A stretch of DNA of 64,000 bases from Bacteroidales bacterium (GCA_003446015.1 DMBU01000091.1:9380-73379), one strand, 5' to 3'; positions 9,058 to 19,108 are shown, counted from the stretch's first letter. Numbers and translations: made by a program. Notes: generated by a model from the letters alone, not told the origin.

Positions 9058-10704
9058 ATGTTTAAAGGACATCCGAAGGGTTTATATGTTGCCTTTTTTG
9101 CTAACATGGGAGAACGATTTGGTTTCTATACCATGATGGGTATTCTTGTATTTTATTTAACAGCCAAATTTGGACTGTCTGAATCAAATGCAGGACTAAT
9201 TTATAGTATTTTCTATGGATCTATTTATGGATTAGCTCTCGTTGGAGGTATTCTTGCAGATAGAACCCAAAACTATAAAGGAGTAATCTATGTAGGTCTA
9301 TTTACCATGCTGGGTGGTTATATATTAATGTCTATTCCTGGTTTTGGCTTAGCATTTACTGTTGCTGCCTTAATGATAATTGCTTTTGGTAATGGTTTAT
9401 TTAAAGGTAATTTACAAGCTGTTGTTGGTCAATTATATGATGATCCAAAATATTCTCATTTAAGAGATTCTGCTTTTAGTGTGTTTTATATGGGTATCAA
9501 CGTAGGTGCATTATTTGCACCAAGCGCAGCTTCCGGAATCATTAACTGGTTTATAAAATCAAAAGGATTTTTACGTGACGATGCTTTGCCAGCTTTAATT
9601 CATAAATTTAATTCCGGGCTAATTAATGCAGCAGAAAAATCTGATTTACAAGCTTTAGCAGATAAAGTAACAGGAAGTACAGTTACTGACTTAGGGGCTT
9701 TTACTCATGATTATCTTTCTGCATATGGTACTGGATTTAACTATGCTTTTGCAGTGGCAGGTATAACAATGATTATTTCTTTAATCATTTATACTATTTT
9801 TAAAAGAATGTTACCCGATGTTAAAAAGGCAGTTGCTGAAAAAGGAACTCAAATTATTGAAATGTCAAAAGAGGAAACTAAACAGCGTTTAACTGCATTA
9901 TTCCTTGTTTTTGGTGTAGTTATTTTCTTCTGGATGGCTTTCCATCAAAATGGTCTAACCATGAGTCTTTTCGCTAGAGATTACACTGTTCAGCAAGTTG
10001 GACCAGCTACCTATCTTGTATTTAATATTTGGTCGTTGCTTTCAATTGTAGTAGGAATTCTTTCTCTGACTTATATCTTGAAAAGAGATTCATCAGGTAA
10101 AACAAAACTTGTAGGTATTGGCTTATTAGCTTTATCCGTTTTAGCTACTTATTATTTCTATAGCAATAATCCTGAAGTAAATGCATTTTCTCCAGAATTA
10201 TTCCAGCACTTTAACCCAACGATGATTGTCTTATTAACTCCAATTGTTGTTGGAATTTTTGCATGGTTAAATAAACGAGGAAAAGAGCCTTCTGCACCGC
10301 GAAAAATTGGTATTGGAATGATTATTACATCTTTTGGATTCCTTATCTTATTGATTGGTTCTTTAGGTTTGGAACCATTTCAAGCAATTCAATCTGATCC
10401 AAATCACCTTCGTGTTGGAACAGGATGGCTAATAAGTACTTATTTCACTTTAACCATTGCTGAATTATTCTTAAGTCCAATGGGTATTTCCTTTGTATCA
10501 AAAGTATCACCACCAAAATATCAAGGTTTAATGCAAGGTGGATGGTTAGGGGCAACTGCATTAGGTAACTTACTACTTGGAGTTGGAAGTTTCTTGTATG
10601 CAAGAGTTCAAATCTGGCAAGTATGGGCAATTTTCATTATTTTATGTTTCATTGCTGCCGGATTTATTTTTAAAGTAATGAAAAAATTAGAAAAAGTATC
10701 CTAA
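9058..10704 (+). CDS. POT/PTR2-family di-/tripeptide:proton symporter
   Basis: 548 aa polytopic protein with the PTR2 signature GERFGFYTM near the N-terminus. Confidence 0.85.
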   Translation: MFKGHPKGLYVAFFANMGERFGFYTMMGILVFYLTAKFGLSESNAGLIYSIFYGSIYGLALVGGILADRTQNYKGVIYVGLFTMLGGYILMSIPGFGLAFTVAALMIIAFGNGLFKGNLQAVVGQLYDDPKYSHLRDSAFSVFYMGINVGALFAPSAASGIINWFIKSKGFLRDDALPALIHKFNSGLINAAEKSDLQALADKVTGSTVTDLGAFTHDYLSAYGTGFNYAFAVAGITMIISLIIYTIFKRMLPDVKKAVAEKGTQIIEMSKEETKQRLTALFLVFGVVIFFWMAFHQNGLTMSLFARDYTVQQVGPATYLVFNIWSLLSIVVGILSLTYILKRDSSGKTKLVGIGLLALSVLATYYFYSNNPEVNAFSPELFQHFNPTMIVLLTPIVVGIFAWLNKRGKEPSAPRKIGIGMIITSFGFLILLIGSLGLEPFQAIQSDPNHLRVGTGWLISTYFTLTIAELFLSPMGISFVSKVSPPKYQGLMQGGWLGATALGNLLLGVGSFLYARVQIWQVWAIFIILCFIAAGFIFKVMKKLEKVS

Positions 10705-10721
10705 AAAATATCCTTCACTTC

Positions 10722-10758
10722 AAATCCCACTCCATTTAGGTTGTGGGATTTTTTTTTG
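10722..10758 (+). terminator. Intrinsic terminator after the POT transporter gene
   Basis: Stem aaatcccac/gtgggattt followed by a 9-10 nt T-run. Confidence 0.7.
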
Positions 10759-10781
10759 CTTTTTTTATCTACCCGTTTTTA

Positions 10782-10799
10782 GTTCGCAAACGTTTGAAA
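10782..10799. promoter_or_regulatory. LacI/PurR-type operator (gTTCGCAAACGTTTGAAA) upstream of the maltose operon
   Basis: Perfect 10 bp palindrome CAAACGTTTG. 17 of 18 nt are identical to the reverse complement of 31097-31114, which lies in the susC/lacI divergent region. Confidence 0.6.
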
Positions 10800-10877
10800 C
10801 AAGCTGTTCAGCCCCACAGATTCAAATGTAATTCATTGCATAACAATAAGATACATGGAAGTTTGTATTATTTTTAT

Positions 10878-10885
10878 TATATTTG
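10878..10885 (+). promoter_or_regulatory. Candidate -7 box (TATATTTG) for the maltose operon
   Basis: Exact TAnnTTTG match 50 nt upstream of the 10935 start codon. Confidence 0.45.
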
Positions 10886-10934
10886 AAATTACGTTTTTGA
10901 CTTAGTAAATCTGAAATCACATTAAAGATATTTC

Positions 10935-12437
10935 ATGAAAAAAGAGAAAAAATCACTGAGTTTCTGGCAAATATGGAACATGAGTTTCGGTTTCTTTGGA
11001 ATTCAATTTGGTTTTGCTTTGCAAAATGCCAATGTTAGTAGGATTTTTGAAACCTTAGGTGCCGAAATTAACAGCATCCCAATTCTATGGATTGCCGCTC
11101 CTGTTACAGGTTTAATTGTACAACCCATAATTGGTCATTTAAGTGATAATACCTGGACCCGATTGGGAAGACGAAGACCTTTTTTCTTAGTTGGAGCAAT
11201 CCTTGCTTCCATTGCATTACTGATTATGCCTAACTCTCCCTCTTTATGGATTGCAGCAGGGATGCTTTGGATAATGGATGCATCAATAAATATATCGATG
11301 GAACCATTTAGAGCCTTTGTCGGAGATATGCTCCCTTCAAAACAAAGAACAATTGGTTTTAGTATGCAAAGTTTCTTTATCGGGATGGGTGCAATCATTG
11401 CATCCTTTTTACCTTATATTTTCACAAATTGGTTAGGAATATCAAATACTGCAGCTGCCGGCGAAATACCTTTATCAGTAAAACTATCTTTCTACATCGG
11501 AGGAGCAGTATTTTTAGGTTCAGTATTATGGACCGTTTTTTCTACCAAAGAATATTCCCCTGAAGAATTAGCTGAATTTGAAGATAAAGAACTGGAAGAA
11601 CAAATAAAGAATGAAGAAATTGAAAATATTAAAAACTCCAAAAGCGATTTTAAAATTGGATCTGTTTTCTTAATCATTGGATTAGTATTAACATTTATCT
11701 TAAGCCAAATACATGTTGATAAGGAAGTGTATGTATTATCTATTGGTTTAAGTTTGTTTGGTATCATGGAATTAAGCTCAGGCTTGTTAAAAAAATCAGG
11801 GAAACTAAAGAACGGATTTGTTGCTGTAATTTCAGATTTTAATACCATGCCTTCAACCATGAAACAACTTGCTGTTGTTCAGTTCTTTTCCTGGTTCGCT
11901 CTTTTTGCAATGTGGATTTACACTACTTCTGGTGTTACAAGTCATGTTTATGGTACTAGCGACCCAACATCTGCATTATATAATGACGGAGCTAACTGGG
12001 TAGGTATTTGTTTTGGTATTTACAATGGTTTTGCTGCTGTATTTGCTTTCTTATTAATTCTTCTGGCAAAATATACGAATAGAAAAATAACTCACTCAAT
12101 TTCTTTAATCATTGGAGGTTTAAGCTTAGCGTCTATTTTCTTTATCACTAACCCAACGATGCTTTTATTACCATTTGTAGGTATAGGACTAGCATGGGCC
12201 AGTATCCTTGCAATGCCTTATGCTATTTTAACCGGATCGCTACCATCACACAAAATGGGAGTTTACATGGGAATATTTAATTTCTTTATTGTGATACCTC
12301 AGATTTTAGCAGCAAGTGTTTTAGGATTTTTAATAAAAACCTTATTTGATAATCATCCAATTTATGCGCTAATACTTGGAGGATTCTCAATGATCATAGC
12401 AGGAATTTTAGTTGTTTTTGTAAAAGATAAAGATTAA
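10935..12437 (+). CDS. GPH/SLC45-like MFS sugar (maltose/maltodextrin) transporter
   Basis: 500 aa, 12-TM pattern, RLGRRRPF motif after TM2. First gene of an operon with pgmB and GH65 maltose phosphorylase. Confidence 0.8.
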   Translation: MKKEKKSLSFWQIWNMSFGFFGIQFGFALQNANVSRIFETLGAEINSIPILWIAAPVTGLIVQPIIGHLSDNTWTRLGRRRPFFLVGAILASIALLIMPNSPSLWIAAGMLWIMDASINISMEPFRAFVGDMLPSKQRTIGFSMQSFFIGMGAIIASFLPYIFTNWLGISNTAAAGEIPLSVKLSFYIGGAVFLGSVLWTVFSTKEYSPEELAEFEDKELEEQIKNEEIENIKNSKSDFKIGSVFLIIGLVLTFILSQIHVDKEVYVLSIGLSLFGIMELSSGLLKKSGKLKNGFVAVISDFNTMPSTMKQLAVVQFFSWFALFAMWIYTTSGVTSHVYGTSDPTSALYNDGANWVGICFGIYNGFAAVFAFLLILLAKYTNRKITHSISLIIGGLSLASIFFITNPTMLLLPFVGIGLAWASILAMPYAILTGSLPSHKMGVYMGIFNFFIVIPQILAASVLGFLIKTLFDNHPIYALILGGFSMIIAGILVVFVKDKD

Positions 12438-13096
12438 TGCAAGAAATAAAAGCCGTAATATTTGATCTTGATGGTGTAGTCGTTGATACTGCTATATTTC
12501 ATTATAAAGCATGGAAAAGATTAGCAGATGAATATGGATTTGATTTTACCCCTGAACATAACGAAAAATTAAAAGGAATAAGCCGACTTGAATCTTTGGA
12601 TATTCTGCTTTCAATCGGGGGAATTGAGATTGATTCTATAGATGAAAGAAATCGAATTGCCAATCTAAAAAACGACTGGTATAGGGATTATATTTTAAAA
12701 ATGACACCCAATGATATTCTTCCCGGGGTTAAAAACTTTTTAATTGATCTCAAAAATACAAATTACAAGATTGCCATTGGGTCTTCGAGTAAAAATGCAA
12801 ACACAATACTTGAAAGAATTGGCTTTGACAGCTTTTTTGATGCTGTTGTTGATGGTTTGCAGATATCTAAATCAAAACCCGATCCTGAAGTATTTCTAAA
12901 AGCAGCTGCCAAACTAAATATAAATCCTGAAAACTGTATGGTTTTTGAAGACGCCGCAGCAGGAATTGAAGCAGCAAAAAGAGCAGGGATGCTGGCTATT
13001 GGCGTTGGGAAGTACGAACACCTTTCGAATGCCGATAAAGTAATTCCTGACTTTAGCAACATGAATGTTTTAATGATTGATAATTTAACTAAATAA
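12437..13096 (+). CDS. pgmB: Beta-phosphoglucomutase (HAD family)
   Basis: Motifs FDLDGVVVDT, GSSSKNA, KPDPEVFL and EDAAAGIEAAKRAGM. The start codon overlaps the upstream stop (TAATG). Confidence 0.9.
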   Translation: MQEIKAVIFDLDGVVVDTAIFHYKAWKRLADEYGFDFTPEHNEKLKGISRLESLDILLSIGGIEIDSIDERNRIANLKNDWYRDYILKMTPNDILPGVKNFLIDLKNTNYKIAIGSSSKNANTILERIGFDSFFDAVVDGLQISKSKPDPEVFLKAAAKLNINPENCMVFEDAAAGIEAAKRAGMLAIGVGKYEHLSNADKVIPDFSNMNVLMIDNLTK

Positions 13097-13126
13097 TAAA
13101 TCTCAAACATATAATAATCCCTTCAA

Positions 13127-15439
13127 ATGAACGAGTATTTAAAACATGATGAATGGTGTATAATTGAAGAAGGATTTAATCCTGCCAATCAGAGATCTTC
13201 TGAAAGCATTTTTTCCCTTGGTAATGGACACATTGGGCAAAGAGCAAACTTTGAAGAAAAATATAGCGGTGACAGTCTTCAAGGTAACTATTTGGCCGGA
13301 ATTTATTATCCCGATAAAACAAAAGTTGGATGGTGGAAAAATGGTTATCCTGAGTATTTTGCAAAAGTTTTAAATGCTCCAAACTGGATTGGAATCAACA
13401 TTAAAGTTGGGAAAACAGAGCTTGATCTTTCTAAAGTTAAAGTTGAAAATTTTCGTCGCGTTTTAAATATGAGGGAAGGATATTTGGAACGATCATTTAT
13501 TGCCGAGTTTCCAAATGATAATTTAATCGAGGTTAAAACCATACGATTTTTAAGTATTAAAGAAAAAGAATTAGGTTGTATTAAATACGAAATAAGGAGT
13601 ATTAGTACAAAGGATAATCTCTCTATCACTCCTTTTATTGATGCAGATGTTATTAACGAAGATTCAAATTATAAAGAAAAATTTTGGGAAGAAGTTGCAA
13701 TTGAAAGCAAACCTGGCGAAGCGTATTTAACAGTAAAAACAAAAAAACTAGGTTTTCATGTTTGTACCAGCATGAAGTTTAACATCCAAAAAAACGGAGT
13801 AGAAATTACTGAACAAATAAAGGAAGAACAAAGAAAGAAGTATATTGCTCAAAGTATTGAATTAAACATAAAACCCGACGATATAGTTACTATTTATAAA
13901 TATTCTTCAATTACAAATTCTGAAAATCACAACATTGATACATTAACCATTGCTGCTCATAATGTATTACAAAGATCGTTTGAGAAAGGATTCGATAAGT
14001 TACTGGAACTGCACTCGAATGCATGGAAATGTAAATGGACCGATAGTGATATTGTAATAAAAGGTGATGTTGCTGCCCAACAAGCAATCCGATTTAATAT
14101 TTTTCAGTTAAATCAGACATATACCGGCGATGACGAGCGTTTAAACATCGGTCCGAAAGGATTTACCGGCGAAAAATACGGTGGAAGCACATACTGGGAT
14201 ACTGAAGCATATTGCTTACCATTTTACCTGCGTACATCGGATAAAAAGGTTTCCCGAAATCTTTTGTTGTACAGATACAGACATTTACCGAAAGCAATAG
14301 AAAATGGTGAAAAATTAGGATTCACCAATGGAGCTGCATTATATCCGATGGTTACCATGAATGGTGAGGAATGTCATAACGAATGGGAAATAACTTTTGA
14401 AGAAATTCATAGAAATGGTGCTATAGCTTTTGCAATTTACAACTATACGCGTTATACCGGAGACGAATCATACCTTGAAGATTATGGTCTGGAAGTATTA
14501 ATCGCGATTAGTAGATTTTGGGCTCAACGCGTTAATTTCTCCAAAGAAAAGAATAAATACGTAATGCTTGGTGTAACGGGTCCAAACGAATACGAAAACA
14601 ATGTTCATAATAACTGGTACACGAATCTAATGGCAACCTGGTGTTTAGATTATACCATTAAATCGATTTCTAAAATTCAAAGCAAAAGTCCGGAAAAATA
14701 TAAAAATCTAAAACAAAAAATAAATTTCAACGAACTTAAAGAAATAGGAAAATGGACGAATATTGTTGATAACATGTATTTTCCAGAAGATGAGAAGCTG
14801 GGCATTTTTCTGCAGCAAGATGGATACATGGATAAGGAATTACTAACCGTGGAAGAATTAAATCCGGAAGATCGGCCTATAAATCAAAAATGGTCGTGGG
14901 ACAGAATCTTGCGTTCATGTTTCATTAAACAAGCTGATGTTTTACAAGGAATTTATTTATTTGATGAAAATTACGATATAGATACCATAAAACGCAATTT
15001 TGATTTTTATGAATCGAGAACTGTTCATGAGTCATCTTTATCGCCATGTGTTCATACCATTCTTGCTGCAAAGCTGGGTTACAAGGAAAAAGCTTACGAT
15101 TTATATCTTCGTACTGCACGATTAGACATTGACGATTATAACGATGAAGTTGATCAGGGCTTACACATTACAAGCATGGCAGGAACCTACTTATCAATAG
15201 TTGAGGGGTTTGGAGGAATGCGACTGAAAAATGAAGAGTTGCATTTTAATCCATTCATTCCTCAGAAATGGGAACTATTTTCATTTATTGTAAAATACAG
15301 GGAGAATCTTTTAAAGGTTGAAGTTACCAAAGAAAAAGTTACTGTTTGTAATCAGGGAGGTGTAACTTCAAAAGTTTTTATTCGTGGTGTGAGATACAAC
15401 ATTAAGGAAAGAGAATCAATAGATTTTTATTGTAACTAA
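13127..15439 (+). CDS. GH65 maltose phosphorylase
   Basis: 770 aa. The N-terminus WCIIEEGFNP..SESIFSLGNGHIGQRANFEE and the segment GFTGEKYGGSTYWDTE are typical of GH65. The context with pgmB supports the call. Confidence 0.9.
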   Translation: MNEYLKHDEWCIIEEGFNPANQRSSESIFSLGNGHIGQRANFEEKYSGDSLQGNYLAGIYYPDKTKVGWWKNGYPEYFAKVLNAPNWIGINIKVGKTELDLSKVKVENFRRVLNMREGYLERSFIAEFPNDNLIEVKTIRFLSIKEKELGCIKYEIRSISTKDNLSITPFIDADVINEDSNYKEKFWEEVAIESKPGEAYLTVKTKKLGFHVCTSMKFNIQKNGVEITEQIKEEQRKKYIAQSIELNIKPDDIVTIYKYSSITNSENHNIDTLTIAAHNVLQRSFEKGFDKLLELHSNAWKCKWTDSDIVIKGDVAAQQAIRFNIFQLNQTYTGDDERLNIGPKGFTGEKYGGSTYWDTEAYCLPFYLRTSDKKVSRNLLLYRYRHLPKAIENGEKLGFTNGAALYPMVTMNGEECHNEWEITFEEIHRNGAIAFAIYNYTRYTGDESYLEDYGLEVLIAISRFWAQRVNFSKEKNKYVMLGVTGPNEYENNVHNNWYTNLMATWCLDYTIKSISKIQSKSPEKYKNLKQKINFNELKEIGKWTNIVDNMYFPEDEKLGIFLQQDGYMDKELLTVEELNPEDRPINQKWSWDRILRSCFIKQADVLQGIYLFDENYDIDTIKRNFDFYESRTVHESSLSPCVHTILAAKLGYKEKAYDLYLRTARLDIDDYNDEVDQGLHITSMAGTYLSIVEGFGGMRLKNEELHFNPFIPQKWELFSFIVKYRENLLKVEVTKEKVTVCNQGGVTSKVFIRGVRYNIKERESIDFYCN

Positions 15440-15500
15440 TTAAAAACCAATCATCAAGATTTTTTTCTCAAATCAATACGTAAATTAATTTAAACCAAAA

Positions 15501-15533
15501 AAAGCTGCTTTTAAAATTAAGAGCAGCTTTTTA
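15501..15533. terminator. Bidirectional intrinsic terminator between convergent maltose phosphorylase and pfk genes
   Basis: Stem aaagctgct/agcagcttt flanked by A-runs and T-runs. Confidence 0.65.
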
Positions 15534-15549
15534 TTCTTATAAATTATTT

Positions 15550-16647
15550 TTATTTATCGCCAAAGCTAATACCTACGCCTCGGGCATTTTTCATTAATGC
15601 TGTATCAGCAGTTACAAAATTAGGCTCTGTAATTGCTTCTTTAAGTGGCACGGAAGTAATATGTGGATGACGGTATGAAACCATTTCACCAAATTTTCCT
15701 TCAAGTACCATCTCAAAAGCATGTACTCCGAACTGTGTAGCTAAAACACGATCGTATGCAATTGGAACTCCACCGCGTTGAATATGACCTAGTACAGCTT
15801 TTCGGATACTGTGTTTTATTCCAGCTTCTTTTAATTCCTCAACCAATCGTGTTGCTGCACCAGAAATTCTTGCATTCGTGTAGCCAACCTCATCATTTTT
15901 TTCTTGCGACATTTCTTTACCAATTGCACTTGCTCCTTCGGCAATAACAATTATGGTAAATCCACGATCTCTTTTAAATCGTTCATTTATTTTATCAACA
16001 ACGATATTTATATCATAAGGGATTTCAGGAATTAAACAAATTTCTGCTCCGCCCGCAACAGCTGCATTCATTGCAATCCAACCAGCATCGCGGCCCATAA
16101 CTTCGAGAACCATAACCCGGTTATGACTGGCAGCAGTTGTTACCAACTTATCGACAGCCTCGGTTGCTATTTGCACAGCTGTTTGATAACCGAAAGTTGT
16201 ATCTGTAGCTGACAAATCATTATCGATAGTTTTTGGAACACCAATAATATTTAAACCCTTTTCAAAAAGAGCTTGTGAAATACGTTGCGAACCATCGCCC
16301 CCAATATTAATAACGGCATCAACTCCCATGTACATCAATTTTCTGATCATTTCTTCCGAACGATCAACGGTAGTCCATTTCCCATCTTTATCTTTTATAG
16401 GCCACGCAAATGGACCTCCTCTATTTGTTGTTTCGATTATTGTACCACCTTGAAAATGAATTCCTGCAACAGCATGTTCATCTAAAATTTTTATCTCGGT
16501 TGGTTCCCATAATATTCCATTAAAAGCCTGAATACTTCCTATAACTTCCCAGTCGCGTTCCTGAGATGCTCTTTTTACTATAGCCCTTATAACGGCATTT
16601 AAACCAGGACAATCTCCTCCGGCAGTTGCAACTAAAACACGTTTCAT
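15550..16647 (-). CDS. pfkA: 6-phosphofructokinase (PfkA family)
   Basis: Motifs GGDCPGLNAVIR, IGGDGS, PKTIDND and EVMGRDAGW. Residues Gly104 and Lys124 (E. coli numbering) are a mixed signature, so the ATP versus PPi donor cannot be decided from sequence. Confidence 0.9.
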   Translation of the reverse strand: MKRVLVATAGGDCPGLNAVIRAIVKRASQERDWEVIGSIQAFNGILWEPTEIKILDEHAVAGIHFQGGTIIETTNRGGPFAWPIKDKDGKWTTVDRSEEMIRKLMYMGVDAVINIGGDGSQRISQALFEKGLNIIGVPKTIDNDLSATDTTFGYQTAVQIATEAVDKLVTTAASHNRVMVLEVMGRDAGWIAMNAAVAGGAEICLIPEIPYDINIVVDKINERFKRDRGFTIIVIAEGASAIGKEMSQEKNDEVGYTNARISGAATRLVEELKEAGIKHSIRKAVLGHIQRGGVPIAYDRVLATQFGVHAFEMVLEGKFGEMVSYRHPHITSVPLKEAITEPNFVTADTALMKNARGVGISFGDK

Positions 16648-16858
16648 TTAATTAAATTTTAAGTTGATTATTATACATTTTATTTCTTGGGGAAGAAAAC
16701 GCTCAATTCTCTTTATTTAGTAGGCAATTCGTTTAGTTTTTTAATCTGATTTTATTATCTTTAAAGAACCAAAATTTTGCAAAGTAAAAATAATAAAAAG
16801 CCACAATTAATCACAATTTTAAATCATTTTTAATCAATAAAAACATAAAAAAAACGAT

Positions 16859-18229
16859 ATGAAAACTACCTTCAAAAAATTTAGCAAAATTTTCTTTGTT
16901 TCAGGACTTGTAATCTTCCTTTTTCTTCTTTCCTGTAACCCTAAAAGTAGCGAAATAAAATACCAGGAAGTAAAACATCCGGAATGGAGTAAAAACTTAA
17001 GCATGTACGAGGTTAATATAAGACAATATACCCCTGAGGGAACATTTAATGCATTCGCAGAACACTTACCAAGACTAAAAGAATTAGGAACTGATATTTT
17101 ATGGCTTATGCCAATTCACCCTATTGGAGAAAAAAACAGAAAAGGTTCAATGGGCAGTTATTATGCAGTTCAAGATTACTACGGAATAAATCCTGAATTT
17201 GGAACAGAAGAAGATTTCAGAAATCTTGTTGCCAAAATTCATGAATTAGATATGTATGTAATTATTGATTGGGTTGCTAACCATACCGCCTGGGATAACG
17301 AATTAATAAACTCTCATCCTGATTGGTACAAAAAAGATACTTTGGGAAACATTATTGCTCCTGTTGATGACTGGACTGATGTTGCAGGATTAAATTATGA
17401 AATTCCAGAACTACATGATTATATGATTGATGCCTTAAAGTTTTGGGTTGAAGATTTTAATATTGATGGTTATAGATGTGATGTTGCAGAGATGGTTCCT
17501 GTTGAATTCTGGAACAGAGCACGATACGAGTTGGATAAAGTAAAACCTGTATTTATGTTAGCAGAAGCAGACAATCCAGAATTAAATGAATATGCTTTTG
17601 ATATGACTTATGCATGGAGTTCACACTTTCTTTGGAATGAAATTGCTCAAGGTAAAAAATCGATTGATGATTTAGAAAATCAATTTAAAGATGAGAAAAC
17701 AAAATATAAATCGTCTGATTACAGATTGAACTTTACAAGCAATCACGATGAAAACTCCTGGAAAGGAAGTGCCATTGAAAGATTAGGCGAAGCAACAAAA
17801 GCTTTTGCCGTATTATCAGTGACTTCTCCCGGAATGCCTTTGCTGTATAGTGGTCAGGAAGCATGTATTGAAAAAAGACTGCTTTTCTTTGAAAAAGATA
17901 CTATCAATTGGGAAAAAGAGTGCTGTCTTAACGATCTTTATAAAGCATTATTCAAATTGAAAAAGGAAAATCCAGCTCTCTGGAATGGTGATTTTGGTGG
18001 AAGTATGGAAAGGATTCAAACAAATGCTGACGATAAAATATTCGCATTCTCGCGCATTAAGAATGAACACACAGTAATTACAATTTTAAATTTAAGTCAG
18101 GGGAATGTAGAATTTGAATTAATTAATCCAATAGAAAACAAGAACTTAAAAGAATTATTTACCCAGGAAGAAGTAACAAACAAGTATAATTTAAAAGCCT
18201 GGGATTATAAAATATTTAAAACTGAATAA
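16859..18229 (+). CDS. GH13 alpha-amylase-family lipoprotein
   Basis: Lipobox LLSCNP. GH13 regions DWVANH, DGYRCDVAE, MLAEAD and FTSNHDE are present. Confidence 0.85.
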   Translation: MKTTFKKFSKIFFVSGLVIFLFLLSCNPKSSEIKYQEVKHPEWSKNLSMYEVNIRQYTPEGTFNAFAEHLPRLKELGTDILWLMPIHPIGEKNRKGSMGSYYAVQDYYGINPEFGTEEDFRNLVAKIHELDMYVIIDWVANHTAWDNELINSHPDWYKKDTLGNIIAPVDDWTDVAGLNYEIPELHDYMIDALKFWVEDFNIDGYRCDVAEMVPVEFWNRARYELDKVKPVFMLAEADNPELNEYAFDMTYAWSSHFLWNEIAQGKKSIDDLENQFKDEKTKYKSSDYRLNFTSNHDENSWKGSAIERLGEATKAFAVLSVTSPGMPLLYSGQEACIEKRLLFFEKDTINWEKECCLNDLYKALFKLKKENPALWNGDFGGSMERIQTNADDKIFAFSRIKNEHTVITILNLSQGNVEFELINPIENKNLKELFTQEEVTNKYNLKAWDYKIFKTE

Positions 18230-18383
18230 TATTCAGGAGATTCCGGCAATTAAACATCTGATGTTTTTTGTACATCAGGTATTCTTGCCTGATGATTCTT
18301 TGTTTGCACAGACATTTTTAACATATGAAACAAGTATATAAGAATTAGCAGAAATCCAACGTACAGAAATGTGCGTTGTACTG

Positions 18384-18424
18384 AAAAAAAGATCCGATGA
18401 TTTAAATCATCGGATCTTTTTTTC
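18384..18424. terminator. Bidirectional intrinsic terminator between the GH13 gene and the GGDEF gene
   Basis: Long perfect stem agatccgatgattt/aaatcatcggatct flanked by A7 and T7 runs. Confidence 0.7.
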
Positions 18425-18488
18425 AGAGACTTTTCAATAACCCTTCTTATTTATTAACCTAATTTAGCTATGAACTAAATTCTTGAAA

Positions 18489-19076
18489 TTATTCTTCCAT
18501 TAAAACTACCGTATTTTTTGATTGTTTTGCTTCATGTAAAGCCAGCTCAGCTCTTTTTCTTATTTTTTCGGGAGTATCACTTTTCTCAGAACTTGTAATT
18601 CCCATACTAATTGTAAGGTTAATTTGCTGATTATTTAATTCGAAAGGATGATATGCGATAACTCTACGCAATCGATTTCCGACCTCAATAGCCTCATTTA
18701 CACCAATATTGGAAAATATTATTGCAAACTCATCACCACTTTTATATCGAAAAAACAAATCTGATTTACGAATAAAACTTTTCGTAATATTTACAAATTC
18801 CTGCAGTAAAACATCCGCTTTGTCGTATCCATAATGATCATTATAGTTTTTAAAACGATCAATATCAATTAAAACAAATACAAAAGAATGAATGGATGGA
18901 TTTTTAATAATTGATTTTAACTTTGATTTTAACTCGCGATGATTATAAATACCCAGATCATCAGAAAATGCAAGGCTTTTTAAACTGGCAATTTTACCTT
19001 TAAAGATCAAGTAGGCAACAAAAAACCCAGCCGAAACAGATAAGAAAATAATTAGTGTCAATTTTATATTCATCAT
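18489..19076 (-). CDS. Single-TM GGDEF-domain protein with a degenerate SGDEF signature
   Basis: An N-terminal TM helix is followed by DIDRFKNYNDHYGYDKAD .. RKSDLFFRYKSGDEFAIIF .. ISMGI .. ALHEAKQSKNTV. Confidence 0.75.
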   Translation of the reverse strand: MMNIKLTLIIFLSVSAGFFVAYLIFKGKIASLKSLAFSDDLGIYNHRELKSKLKSIIKNPSIHSFVFVLIDIDRFKNYNDHYGYDKADVLLQEFVNITKSFIRKSDLFFRYKSGDEFAIIFSNIGVNEAIEVGNRLRRVIAYHPFELNNQQINLTISMGITSSEKSDTPEKIRKRAELALHEAKQSKNTVVLMEE

Positions 19077-19108
19077 TATTTATTGATTCTGAGACAAAAT
19101 GAATTAAT

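Noticed and set aside
10886-10902. Possible second, weaker LacI half-site (gaaattacgtttttgac) just downstream of the maltose operon -7 box
   Set aside because: Only the right half (CGTTTTTGA) resembles the operator, and the left half does not. The evidence is too weak to call.
18230-18383. Several small hairpins and repeated ctgatg motifs between the GH13 gene and the GGDEF gene
   Set aside because: The stems are short and imperfect, and they lie in a convergent intergenic region that already has a strong bidirectional terminator. There is no evidence for a separate RNA gene.
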